A stretch of 64,000 nucleotides of DNA. It comes from an uncultured Actinomycetota bacterium. GTDB lineage: Bacteria; Actinomycetota; Actinomycetes; Propionibacteriales; Nocardioidaceae. The DNA lies in assembly GCA_963739785.1 (NCBI GenBank), contig CAVUBO010000039.1, forward strand, positions 49,088 through 113,087. The letters run 5' to 3'. Position numbers and translations under genes: made by a program. The notes below the pieces were generated by a model that worked only from the letters and a program-made list of their open reading frames with translations, made no database searches and was not told the origin of the DNA. Numbering within the stretch: position 1 is the first letter of the stretch; every line of letters starts with the position of its first letter. Shown in pieces: positions 18,504 to 27,451 of the stretch.

Positions 18504-20210
18504 GTGCCGTCGCAGCCCCCACAGTCCTCCCTCGTCGAGCTCCGCGTCCTCGAGGGGCCGAACCTCTACTTCCCCCGGGCAGCGATCAAGCTGACGCTCG
18601 ACCTCACCGGCTTGATCGAGGCAGACGAGGAGCCTGCCGTTCGTTTCGCCAGCCGCATCGGGCTGCGGAAGGCGCGACCCGGTGCCGCGGGAAGCGGGTT
18701 CCGTCAGCGGTTCGCGATGCGCGCCGTCGCCCGTCTGGTGCGCCAGATCGCCACGGAGGCGGGCACCTCGCGGCTCGCGGTCCGGGTGCGACCGACCAAC
18801 GACGTGCACCAGATCGTGGTCGCCTACCCCTGGCGCAACCGGGGGCGAGGACAGGCGCTCGGCCGCGCGGTCGCGGCTGTCCTCGACGCACTGCCCGCGC
18901 CCGACCTCGACGCGCTCGTCGACCAGGCCGCTGCGGACGTCCGCGCGTCCGAGCCCGGCGCCGGACCGACCACGCTTCGTCCGCGTGTCCCGGTCGTGGC
19001 GATCACCGGCACCAACGGCAAGACGACCACGTCGCGGATGGTCGCCCACATCGCCCGCACGCACGGCATGCACGTCGGGTGGTCGAGCACCGACGGCATC
19101 TACGTCGACGGGGTCCTCGTCGAGCCGGGTGACTACTCCGGCCCGAGTGGCGCCGGACGCGTGCTGGCGCACAAGGAGGTCCAGCTCGCCGTCACCGAGA
19201 CCGCTCGCGGCGGGATCCTGCTCAAGGGCATCGGCCTGGTCCACAACCACGTGTCGGTGGTCACCAACATCTCCGCCGACCACCTGGGTCTCCAGGGCAT
19301 CGACACCCTCGACCAGCTCGCCGAGGTCAAGAGCGTGGTGCCCCGGATCACCAAGACCGACGGGTGGGCAGTCCTCAACGCCGACGACCCGAGGGTCCTG
19401 TCGATGCGCACGGTGATCCGTGCTCGCCCCTGGGTCTTCTCCCGTGACCCCGACTCCCCGGCGCTCCGCGAGGTGCTCAGCGACGGCGGTCGTGCCACCA
19501 CCGTGATGGACGGCTGGCTGACCGTGCTGCTGCCCGACGCGGACCCCGACCCCGTCGTCGAGATCGTCGACGTCCCGATGACGCTCGCGGGGCTCTCCCG
19601 GTTCAACGTCGAGAACGCCCTCGCTGCGGCGTCGGCCGCCCTCGCGGTCGGGCTGCCACGAGACGCGGTCGTCGAAGGGCTCACGTCCTTCCGCCCCGAC
19701 CCCGAGCACAACCCCGGCCGGATGAACTTCTTCTCGGTCGGCGAGGTCAGCGTCGTGGTCGACCTCGCGCACAACGAGGCAGGGCTCGAGGCGCTGCTGG
19801 AGATCATGAGAGGGGTACGACGGCCCGGCGGCCGTCTCCTGCTCGGGCTCGGCGCCGTGGGGGACCGCACCGACGACCTCGTCGAGCAGCTCGCGGAGAT
19901 GGGTGCGCGCGACGCTGACGTCGTCGTGATCGCCCACAAGGCGAGGTACCTGCGCGGGCGCTCCACCGAGGAGCTCGACGCGCTGTTCCGGGCAGGGGCC
20001 GAGCGGGTCGGTGTCACCGAGCTGCCGTCGTACCCGACCGAGGTCTCGGGACTCGAGGCGCTGGTCGCGCAGGCACGCCCAGGTGACGTAGTAGGGCTCA
20101 TGTGCCACGAGGACCGCCAGGGCGTCTACGACTGGCTCGCGGCGGGCGGCGGCACCGTCGACGACCCCGAGACCCTGCGGGTCAAGGTCAAGGCCGCCCA
20201 GGCCCGCTGA
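18504..20210 (+). CDS. CphA-like Mur-ligase protein: N and M domains, no ATP-grasp domain
   Basis: N-terminus ELRVLEGPNLY...IKLTLDL matches the CphA N domain; GTNGKTT, ETARGG, DHLG, LNADD, PGRMN, DLAHN, GDR and LRGR match the CphA M domain; own TAGCGT -10 box 6 nt before GTG. Confidence 0.88.
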   Translation: MPSQPPQSSLVELRVLEGPNLYFPRAAIKLTLDLTGLIEADEEPAVRFASRIGLRKARPGAAGSGFRQRFAMRAVARLVRQIATEAGTSRLAVRVRPTNDVHQIVVAYPWRNRGRGQALGRAVAAVLDALPAPDLDALVDQAAADVRASEPGAGPTTLRPRVPVVAITGTNGKTTTSRMVAHIARTHGMHVGWSSTDGIYVDGVLVEPGDYSGPSGAGRVLAHKEVQLAVTETARGGILLKGIGLVHNHVSVVTNISADHLGLQGIDTLDQLAEVKSVVPRITKTDGWAVLNADDPRVLSMRTVIRARPWVFSRDPDSPALREVLSDGGRATTVMDGWLTVLLPDADPDPVVEIVDVPMTLAGLSRFNVENALAAASAALAVGLPRDAVVEGLTSFRPDPEHNPGRMNFFSVGEVSVVVDLAHNEAGLEALLEIMRGVRRPGGRLLLGLGAVGDRTDDLVEQLAEMGARDADVVVIAHKARYLRGRSTEELDALFRAGAERVGVTELPSYPTEVSGLEALVAQARPGDVVGLMCHEDRQGVYDWLAAGGGTVDDPETLRVKVKAAQAR

Positions 20211-20257
20211 GCCGGTGCCGTCCCCCGAGTGGGGGCGGACCCCTGGCCGAGCGGCTT

Positions 20258-20275
20258 GGTAAGCGGTAACTTACC
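20258..20275. promoter_or_regulatory. Inverted repeat, probable ArsR auto-operator
   Basis: GGTAAG-CGGTAA-CTTACC ending 4 nt before the arsR-family GTG. Confidence 0.6.
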
Positions 20276-20279
20276 GTTC

Positions 20280-20600
20280 GTGGCCACTGACCATGTGCTG
20301 GACGCCCTGGGCGACCCGAGCCGGCGGCAGATCCTGGAGCTGCTGCGCGAAGGGCCGGCACCGGTGGGCGAGCTCTCCGCGCGGCTGCCGATCAGCCGAC
20401 CGGCGGTCTCCCAGCACCTGCGCGTCCTGGAGGAGTGCGGCCTGGTCACGCACGACCCGGTCGGGACGCGCAACGTCTACCGCGTCGCCCCCGACGGCCT
20501 GCTCGCGCTGCGGAAGTGGCTCGACCAGTTCTGGGGCAGCGCGCTCGACAGCTTCGCCGACTACACGCGGCAGGAACGACGTCCGAGGAGAGAGCCATGA
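20280..20600 (+). CDS. ArsR/SmtB family regulator
   Basis: ALGDPSRRQIL and ISRPAVSQHLRVL HTH motifs. Confidence 0.9.
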   Translation: MATDHVLDALGDPSRRQILELLREGPAPVGELSARLPISRPAVSQHLRVLEECGLVTHDPVGTRNVYRVAPDGLLALRKWLDQFWGSALDSFADYTRQERRPRREP

Positions 20601-21064
20601 ACGAAAGCACCCAGGCAGCGGCGGTGCAGCCACTGGTCAAGACGGTCACCGTCGGCACCGGCCTTGCGCCTACCTTCGAGCTCTTCACCGAGCGGATCGG
20701 CGAGTGGTGGCCGCTAGCCACCCACTCGGTCGGAGGCCGTGACGCTGTCGCGGTCCGGATCGGGCGCGAGGTCGGCGCGAGCGTCGTCGAGACCACCGCG
20801 GACGGGCGGGAGCACGTGTGGGGCACGGTCACCCACTGGGAGCCCCCGGTGGTGGTGGCCTTCACGTGGCACCCGGGCCGACAGGCCGCGCAGGCGACCC
20901 GGGTGGCGGTCCGCTTCCGCGAGGTCGCCGACGGCACCGAGGTCGAGCTGACCCACGACGGCTGGCAGGGCCGCGCCGACGGGCAGGCCGCGCGCCACGG
21001 CTACGACAGCGGCTGGGAGCTCGTTCTCGGTCGTCTCGTCGAGCTCGCTAGTCGAGAGCGGTGA
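20597..21064 (+). CDS. SRPBCC/AHSA1 ligand-binding protein
   Basis: FELFTE...WWP, WEPP...FTW, TEVELTHDGW and YDSGW motifs; ATGA overlap with the regulator. Confidence 0.88.
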   Translation: MNESTQAAAVQPLVKTVTVGTGLAPTFELFTERIGEWWPLATHSVGGRDAVAVRIGREVGASVVETTADGREHVWGTVTHWEPPVVVAFTWHPGRQAAQATRVAVRFREVADGTEVELTHDGWQGRADGQAARHGYDSGWELVLGRLVELASRER

Positions 21065-23822
21065 CCGGCGGGCTGAAGTCCGGGTCGGCGACCGAGCCCG
21101 CGTTCGAGCCGGCACCGGCCTGCGCCTGCTGTGACCAGTTCTCGAGCTCGGCCATCACCGAGGGGTGCTTGTCGACGCAGAGCACGACGAGGTCGCCGGG
21201 GTTCGCGCGTCCCATGGCGTGCTGGACCGCGTCGATCTCGCCGAGGATCACCTCGATCTGCTTGCACCGTGCGCCGTCTGCGGCAGCTGCGCGCACCCCG
21301 TCGGCGACCAGCGCCGCGGTCTCGCCGCGCTCCCTGCCGCGCAGGGCGACGTCCTCGCGGACGACGAGCACGTCGAAGTGCTGGGCTGCCACCTCTCCGA
21401 GCTCGCGCATGTCCGCGTCGCGACGGTCGCCGGCAGTGGCGATCACACCGATCCGCTGAGGCTTGCCGAGCTCGCTGGTCGAGGCGAGGCTCTCGCCGAC
21501 CCGGTCCACGAAGTCGCCGAGCATCCGCATGCCGGGCGCGTTGTGGCAGTAGTCGACGATCACGTTGACGCCGTTGACCTCGACCTCGTTGAGCCGGCCG
21601 GGGGAGAGGTAGTAGTTGGTGGAGAAGGTCCGCAGCCCCTGCCGGATGTCGTGCAGGGGAGCGCCGGCCGCGAAGGCGGCAGCCGCGGCGGCGAGGGTGT
21701 TCTGGACGTTCATCCGGGCGCGGCCGCCGAAGGTCGCCGGCAGCAGGTGCGTCCAGGCGAGCTGCATCTCCCGGCGGCCGTGCTTCACGACGATCATCTC
21801 GCCGCGGTCGCTGGGCTCGAGCACCAGCGCCTTCCCACCCCTGCGGCAGTGCGCGTCGATCATCTCGCGGGCCTCGGAGCCCGGCTCGGCCATGCTGAAC
21901 CACACGACCTGGCCCGAGCACCGGCGTCGCATCTCGCGTACCAGTGGGTCGTCGGCGTTGAGCACGGCGTGGCCGTCGCGCGGCACCGCCTCCACGACGA
22001 CCGCCTTGACGTCCGCGAGCTGCTCGACGGTGTCGATGCCGCGCAGGCCGAGGTGGTCGGGCTGCACGTTGAGCACCACGGCCACGTCGTTGCGCTCGTA
22101 GCCGAGCCCCTCGCGCAGGATGCCGCCGCGCGCAACCTCGAACACCGCGAAGTCGACGCGCGGGTTCTGGAGCACCATCCGCGCGGACTTGGGACCCGAG
22201 GCGTCGGCACGGATCATCAGCCGCTCGTCGATGACCACGCCGTCGGTCGAGGTCATGCCGACCTTGCGTCCCATGCCCTTGAAGATGTGCGAGATCATCC
22301 GCGCCGACGTGGTCTTGCCGTTCGTGCCGGTGACCGCGACGATCGGGATCCGGCTCGGCGTGCCCGGCGGGAAGAGCATGTCCACCACCGGCTTGGAGAT
22401 GAACTGCGGCTCGCCGATCGTGGGGTGGGTGTGCATCCGGAAGCCGGGGGCGGCGTTGACCTCGCAGATCGCGCCACCGGTCTCACGCACCGGCTCGGTG
22501 ATGTCGGGGCAGATGAAGTCGATGCCGGCGATGTCGAGCCCGATGACGCGGGCCGCCTCCTCGGCGATCTCGACGTTCTCCGGGTGGGCCTCGAAGGTCC
22601 GGTCGATGGAGATGCCGCCGGTCGACATGTTGCCGGTCAGCGTCAGCTTCACCATCTCACCGGCCGGCGGGACGTCCCCGAGCTTGTAGCCCTGGTCGGC
22701 GAGCAGCTCGACCGCCGCCTCGTCGACCTTGACCCGGGTGAGCACCTTCTCGTGCCCGACCCCTCGCCGCGGGTCGGCGTTGGTGAGCTCGACGAGCTGC
22801 TCGATCGTGCTCTGCCCGTCTCCCACGACATGGGCGGGGACACGCTCCGCGACGGCCGCGAGCCTGCCGTCGATGATCAGGCAACGGTAGTCGCGACCGG
22901 TGATGAACGACTCGACGATCACCCACCCGCGACGCGACTGCTCCTGGGCGACCGGGAACGCGTCGCGCACGTCGTCGGCGCTCTGCAGGTCCAGGCACAC
23001 GCCGCGACCGTGGTTGCCGTCGAGCGGCTTGCACACCACGGGGTAGCCGATCCGGTCGGCCACGGCGACCGCCTGCTCCGCCGTACGCACCGACTCCTGC
23101 TTCGGGACCGGCAGCCCTGCGGCGCCGAGCAGGCGCGTGGTGAGGTCCTTGTCGGAGGCGACGTCGACCGCGATGGCGCTGGTGGCGGACGTCATCGTGG
23201 CGCGGATCCGCTTCTGGTGGACACCCTGGCCGAGCTGGACGAGGGAGTACTTGTTCAGCCGGATCCACGGGATGTCGCGTGAGACCGCCTCGTCGAGGAT
23301 CGCCTGTGTGGACGGCCCGAACGCCGTGCGCTCTGCGCGGAGGATGAACTGCTCGAGCTCGGCCTCGAAGTCGAAGTCGGGGTCAGCCTCGACGAGGTGG
23401 TTCACCAGCCGCACGGACAGGCGCGCCGCCGCGAGGCCGACCTGCTCGTCGACGTAGCCGTAGATGACGTTGTAGCGGCCCCGCACGCCCTTGACCTGGC
23501 GGGTCTTGCCCCGGCGGATGTCATGGCCGACGACCTGCTGCAGCGCGAGCGCGATGTGCTCGGCGACGTGACCGAGCCAGGTGCCCTCGTTCAGCCGCTC
23601 CACGAAGCCGCCGCGCCGACCACGGGAGCAGGTGTGCTCACGCAGGCCCGGGAGCAGCTGGAGGACGTTGTCGGTGAACCCCGGAATCGTGTTCGTGGGG
23701 AAGTCCTCCAGCGAGCCGAGGTCCACGACGAGGTGGATCGCCTTGTCGTAGGACCAGATGTTCGCGCCGCGGTAGACCCGGGTCTCGAGGATCGCAAGGT
23801 CGGGGGTCGGCCGGGGGCTCAT
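21048..23822 (-). CDS. cphA: Cyanophycin synthetase CphA1 (924 aa)
   Basis: N-domain C-x19-HxxEH; GPST; ATP-grasp motifs KPLDGNHGRGV, NADPRRG.GHEK, NMSTGG, EVNAAPG; Mur motifs GTNGKTT and DYCHN; SD GAAGGAG before ATG 23822. Confidence 0.95.
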   Translation of the reverse strand: MSPRPTPDLAILETRVYRGANIWSYDKAIHLVVDLGSLEDFPTNTIPGFTDNVLQLLPGLREHTCSRGRRGGFVERLNEGTWLGHVAEHIALALQQVVGHDIRRGKTRQVKGVRGRYNVIYGYVDEQVGLAAARLSVRLVNHLVEADPDFDFEAELEQFILRAERTAFGPSTQAILDEAVSRDIPWIRLNKYSLVQLGQGVHQKRIRATMTSATSAIAVDVASDKDLTTRLLGAAGLPVPKQESVRTAEQAVAVADRIGYPVVCKPLDGNHGRGVCLDLQSADDVRDAFPVAQEQSRRGWVIVESFITGRDYRCLIIDGRLAAVAERVPAHVVGDGQSTIEQLVELTNADPRRGVGHEKVLTRVKVDEAAVELLADQGYKLGDVPPAGEMVKLTLTGNMSTGGISIDRTFEAHPENVEIAEEAARVIGLDIAGIDFICPDITEPVRETGGAICEVNAAPGFRMHTHPTIGEPQFISKPVVDMLFPPGTPSRIPIVAVTGTNGKTTSARMISHIFKGMGRKVGMTSTDGVVIDERLMIRADASGPKSARMVLQNPRVDFAVFEVARGGILREGLGYERNDVAVVLNVQPDHLGLRGIDTVEQLADVKAVVVEAVPRDGHAVLNADDPLVREMRRRCSGQVVWFSMAEPGSEAREMIDAHCRRGGKALVLEPSDRGEMIVVKHGRREMQLAWTHLLPATFGGRARMNVQNTLAAAAAAFAAGAPLHDIRQGLRTFSTNYYLSPGRLNEVEVNGVNVIVDYCHNAPGMRMLGDFVDRVGESLASTSELGKPQRIGVIATAGDRRDADMRELGEVAAQHFDVLVVREDVALRGRERGETAALVADGVRAAAADGARCKQIEVILGEIDAVQHAMGRANPGDLVVLCVDKHPSVMAELENWSQQAQAGAGSNAGSVADPDFSPPVTALD

Positions 23823-24805
23823 GAAGTGGTGTCTCCTTCGTTGTTGCGGCGGGAAAGTCGTCGGCGGAGCTGTGAGGGGGACACGTCGCCGGCCGCGATG
23901 TCCCGAGCCAAGCGCCTCAGGTCGCGTCCCGCAAGTGCGAGCTCGGCGGCCTCCTCCTCGTCGACCGCGGAGCTCCCGGCGACCAGGCAACGCTTCGTGA
24001 GGTCGAACACCGACCCGGCCGGGAGGACGTGCAGCATGACCCCCGAGGCGAGCAGCGGGGCGGTGTGGCGTGCCTCGTGGGCGTTGGACACGACGTTGCG
24101 GCCGTCGAACACCGTCACCACGCCCCTTGCCGGCGACGCGCATGCGCTCCTGTCCGTCCTCACGCGTGACGATCGCGGCGGTGTCCTCGTCGACTCCGAT
24201 GCCGAGCAGGCTCGGGCTCTGCGCCACGCACATCAGGAGCCGGCCGTAGCGGTTGCGCTGCCCGAAGTGCTGGTCGATGACGCAGCCGTCGACGAGGCCC
24301 AGGCCGGCCGCGAGCTGGGTCATCCGCTGCTTCGGCGTGGTACCACCCGAGCCGAAGGCCACCATGTGCGAGGACTGGATGCTCGCCCCCGCGGAGGTGC
24401 CGCCCACCGTCACGCCTCGCAGATGGGCGGCCCGGATCGCCTCGCCGAAGGCCGTGCCGTTGACGATCGCCGACAGCTTGAGCTGGTTGCCGCCGGTCAT
24501 GAAGATGCCGGTCACGTCGTCGAGCAGGTCCACGAACGCGGGTCGTCGGCGTCCTCGCGCGACTCCGGCCGGGCAGCCACGACCTCGCGCGCCCCCAGAC
24601 GGCGGAACAGGGCGTCGTACACCTCGATGATCTCGGGACCCAGCGAGGACGCCGTCGGGACCACTGCGATCCGCGCCTCCTTGCCGCCGGCGAGCCGGAC
24701 GAACTCATGCAGCACGGTGCGCTTGCCGAGCTTGTCCTCGGCGCCACCGATCGCGAGGAGCGGGCCCGGGCTGGCGGGGTCTGGGTCAGCAGGTCCATTC
24801 GGCAT
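23819..24805 (-). CDS. cphB: Cyanophycinase CphB, with two apparent 1-nt indels (~24540, ~24125)
   Basis: IGGAEDK, VPTASS, MTGGNQ, GTSAG (catalytic Ser), IDQHF and GVDEDT spread over three frame segments; ATGA overlap with cphA. Confidence 0.9.
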
Positions 24806-24839
24806 GCAGGGCAGCCTACGGGGTGGGAGAATCCGAGCC

Positions 24840-25352
24840 GTGACTGCAGGGAGGCGGCTGGTCGTTGTCCGCCACGCGAAGGCCGAGCCGTTCGCGTCCA
24901 CCGACCACGCCCGCGACCTGACCGACCGCGGCCGTCGCGAGGCAGAGGCCGCCGGCGCCTACCTCCGTGAACGCTCGCTCGTGCCCGACCACGCCGTGGT
25001 CTCCCCGGCGGTGCGCACCCGCGCGACGTGGGAGGCGATGGAGCAGGTGATGGGCTCGGCGGCCGAGGTGGTCTACGACGACAGCGTGTACTCCGGCAGC
25101 ACCGACGTCGTGCTCGACGCCTTGCGCTACGTCCCCGAGGACGCCGACGTCGTGGTCTTCGTCGGGCACCAGCCGACCATCGGCTACCTGGCGCACCTTC
25201 TCGACGACGGCGAGGGTGAGCCCGAGGCGCTGCACTCCATGCTCCACGGCTTCCCGACCGCGTCGATGGCGATCTTCGCCGTCGAGGTGCGCTGGGAGGA
25301 GCTCGGCCCGGAGGCCGGGCGCCTCGTGGACTTCCGCTCCGGGCAGGCCTGA
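24840..25352 (+). CDS. sixA: SixA-like phosphohistidine phosphatase
   Basis: RHAKA, DHARDLT.RG, SPAVRTRAT and VGHQP motifs. Confidence 0.88.
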   Translation: MTAGRRLVVVRHAKAEPFASTDHARDLTDRGRREAEAAGAYLRERSLVPDHAVVSPAVRTRATWEAMEQVMGSAAEVVYDDSVYSGSTDVVLDALRYVPEDADVVVFVGHQPTIGYLAHLLDDGEGEPEALHSMLHGFPTASMAIFAVEVRWEELGPEAGRLVDFRSGQA

Positions 25353-25358
25353 GACGGA

Positions 25359-26591
25359 TCAGCCGAGCGGCGGCGCCGGCGTCACGATGCCCGCCGCGGC
25401 GTCGGCCGCCTCGACCTCCTCGCGGGAGATGCCGAGCAGGTAGATGATCGCGTCGAGGTAGGGCACGTTGACCGACGTGTCCGCGGCCTGCTGCACGACC
25501 GGCTTGGCGTTGAACGCGATCCCGAGGCCGGCGGCCGAGAGCATGTCGAGGTCGTTGGCCCCGTCGCCGACCGCGATCGTGGCGGCCGTGGTCACGCCCG
25601 CCTCGGCGGCGAACCGGCGAAGCGCCGCGGCCTTGCCGGCCCGGTCGACGACGGGGCCGATGATCCGCCCGGTGAGCTTCCCGTCGACCACCTCGAGCTC
25701 GTTGGCGGCGGCGAAGTCGATGCCGAGATCGGCCGCGATCCGGTCGGTGATCTGGCTGAAGCCGCCGGAGACGATGGCGAAGCGGTAGCCGAGGCGCTTG
25801 AGCGTTCGGACCATCGTCCGGGCACCCGGGGCGAGCACGACCGACTCGTAGACCAGGTCGAGGGCCGAGGCGTCGAGGCCCTCGAGCAGGGCGACCCGCT
25901 CGCGCAGGGACTGCTCGAAGTCCAGCTCGCCTCGCATGGCCGCCTCGGTCACCTCGGCGACCTGCTGCAGGCAGCCGGCGTGGTCGGCGAGCATCTCGAT
26001 GACCTCGCCCTGGATGAGCGTCGAGTCGACGTCCATGACGATCAGGCGCATCCCGTGGCGCAGCAGGCTCGCCGGCTGGACCGCGACGTCGACCGACTGC
26101 CGGGCCGCCTCCTCCGAGAGAGTGACCCGCAGCCGGTCGGGGTCGGCGCCCGAGACGTGCAGGTCGACGGCGGTGACCGGGTAGCGGGCCATCCGCTCGA
26201 TGCGGTCGATGTTCGCGCCCGTGTCGGCGATCCGCCCGGCGATCGCGGCGACGGCAGCCGGCTTCAACGGCATCCCGAGCACGGTGACGTGGCTGCGCCC
26301 CTCCGAGCGGGCACGGTTGTCGCCCTTGCCCCGCTCGACCTCGACCTGCATGTCCAGGTCGGCCGCGACCCGCTCCATCGCCTCTCGCAGCGCCTTCCAG
26401 TTGCGCGGCACGGACACGAGTACGCCGAGAACCAGGCGGCGCCTGAGCACGATCTGCTCGATGTCGAGCACCTCGACGCCGAACGCGGCGAGCGTGGCGA
26501 ACACCGTGGAGGTGACCCCCGGACGGTCCTTGCCGGTCAGGGTGATCAGAAGTGTCTGCGGTGTCTGGCCCGCGCCGTTCCCAGTTGCCAT
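25359..26591 (-). CDS. serB: Phosphoserine phosphatase with ACT domains
   Basis: GKDRPG ACT motif, DVDST HAD motif, VSGGF and GDGAND. Confidence 0.95.
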   Translation of the reverse strand: MATGNGAGQTPQTLLITLTGKDRPGVTSTVFATLAAFGVEVLDIEQIVLRRRLVLGVLVSVPRNWKALREAMERVAADLDMQVEVERGKGDNRARSEGRSHVTVLGMPLKPAAVAAIAGRIADTGANIDRIERMARYPVTAVDLHVSGADPDRLRVTLSEEAARQSVDVAVQPASLLRHGMRLIVMDVDSTLIQGEVIEMLADHAGCLQQVAEVTEAAMRGELDFEQSLRERVALLEGLDASALDLVYESVVLAPGARTMVRTLKRLGYRFAIVSGGFSQITDRIAADLGIDFAAANELEVVDGKLTGRIIGPVVDRAGKAAALRRFAAEAGVTTAATIAVGDGANDLDMLSAAGLGIAFNAKPVVQQAADTSVNVPYLDAIIYLLGISREEVEAADAAAGIVTPAPPLG

Positions 26592-26604
26592 GTCGCGTGG
26601 CAGG

Positions 26605-27342
26605 CTACCCGGCAGCCATCGGCGTGCAGGCGGCGACGAGGCCACGTCTCGCAGCGTGGTCCAGGGGTGCGAGGGCTGCCCGCCGTCTGTCGGCCTCGGT
26701 GGCCGAGACGGCGCCCCCCTCGTCCTCGAGCGCGAGGTCGACGATGGCCCGGCAGCGCAGGGAGAGCGAGGCCAGGCGGACGGCGCGTGCGTCCCAGTGG
26801 GGCGGGAGCCTCACGTCCGAGGTCCGCCGCAGGGCGATCAGCTCGTCGGCCACCTCGGGCCGCCACCGCGCGACGTCGAGGTCCGCGAGCGAGTCGGCGG
26901 CCCTCACCAGGGACTGCCGCAGGGACGTGTCGGCCTCGGGGAGGTCGGGCACCTGCCGCTGCGAGACCGCCGGGTGGTAGCCCCAGACCACGCCGGCGCC
27001 CGCCACGTGCGGCACCAGGCCCGCGTCGAGGCCTTCGAAGACCACCGCCTCCTCGATCTCGAGCGCGTCGGCGTTGAAGGAGGGCGGACCGGCCAGGCCG
27101 AGTGGGTCGCCGGGGACGGGGAGAGCGAGTCCGGCCGCGACCGCGCCGGCGGCACGGAGACGTCCCAGGGCCAGGATCAGGGGCACGGGCTCCGCCTCGC
27201 CGGGGATCCCCACGACGTCGTGGGCGGCGTCGGCCCCCACGATCGCGTCGCGGGCCTCGTCGAGGCTCACCTCGGACGCGGCCCAGGCCGTGAACCACAC
27301 AGCGAGCTCGGCGGAGCGCGGAAGCGCGGTCGTCGTACGCAC
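26605..27342 (-). CDS. Conserved actinobacterial hypothetical protein
   Basis: LPVPGDPLGL.GP and LADLDVARWRP segments; coding-like composition; TACGCT -10 box 6 nt before GTG. Confidence 0.75.
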   Translation of the reverse strand: MRTTTALPRSAELAVWFTAWAASEVSLDEARDAIVGADAAHDVVGIPGEAEPVPLILALGRLRAAGAVAAGLALPVPGDPLGLAGPPSFNADALEIEEAVVFEGLDAGLVPHVAGAGVVWGYHPAVSQRQVPDLPEADTSLRQSLVRAADSLADLDVARWRPEVADELIALRRTSDVRLPPHWDARAVRLASLSLRCRAIVDLALEDEGGAVSATEADRRRAALAPLDHAARRGLVAACTPMAAG

Positions 27343-27451
27343 GTGACGAGCGTAGGTCAGTCCCTCCAACCGGTATGCGGGGGTGGGGATTCGTGCCGTA
27401 GGTTTGGACCGCGGCCGCCCGCCGCCTCACGCACCGATCACAGAGGGATGC

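Noticed and set aside
20221-20234. 14-mer TCCCCCGAGTGGGG identical to 58398-58411
   Set aside because: Here it follows a stop codon and can be a simple hairpin; a single GC-rich match is insufficient.
21048-24533. 1161-aa CphB-CphA fusion ORF in the ORF track
   Set aside because: Produced by the indel near 24125; cphA has its own SD and ATG at 23822 and the cphB C-terminus lies in another frame.
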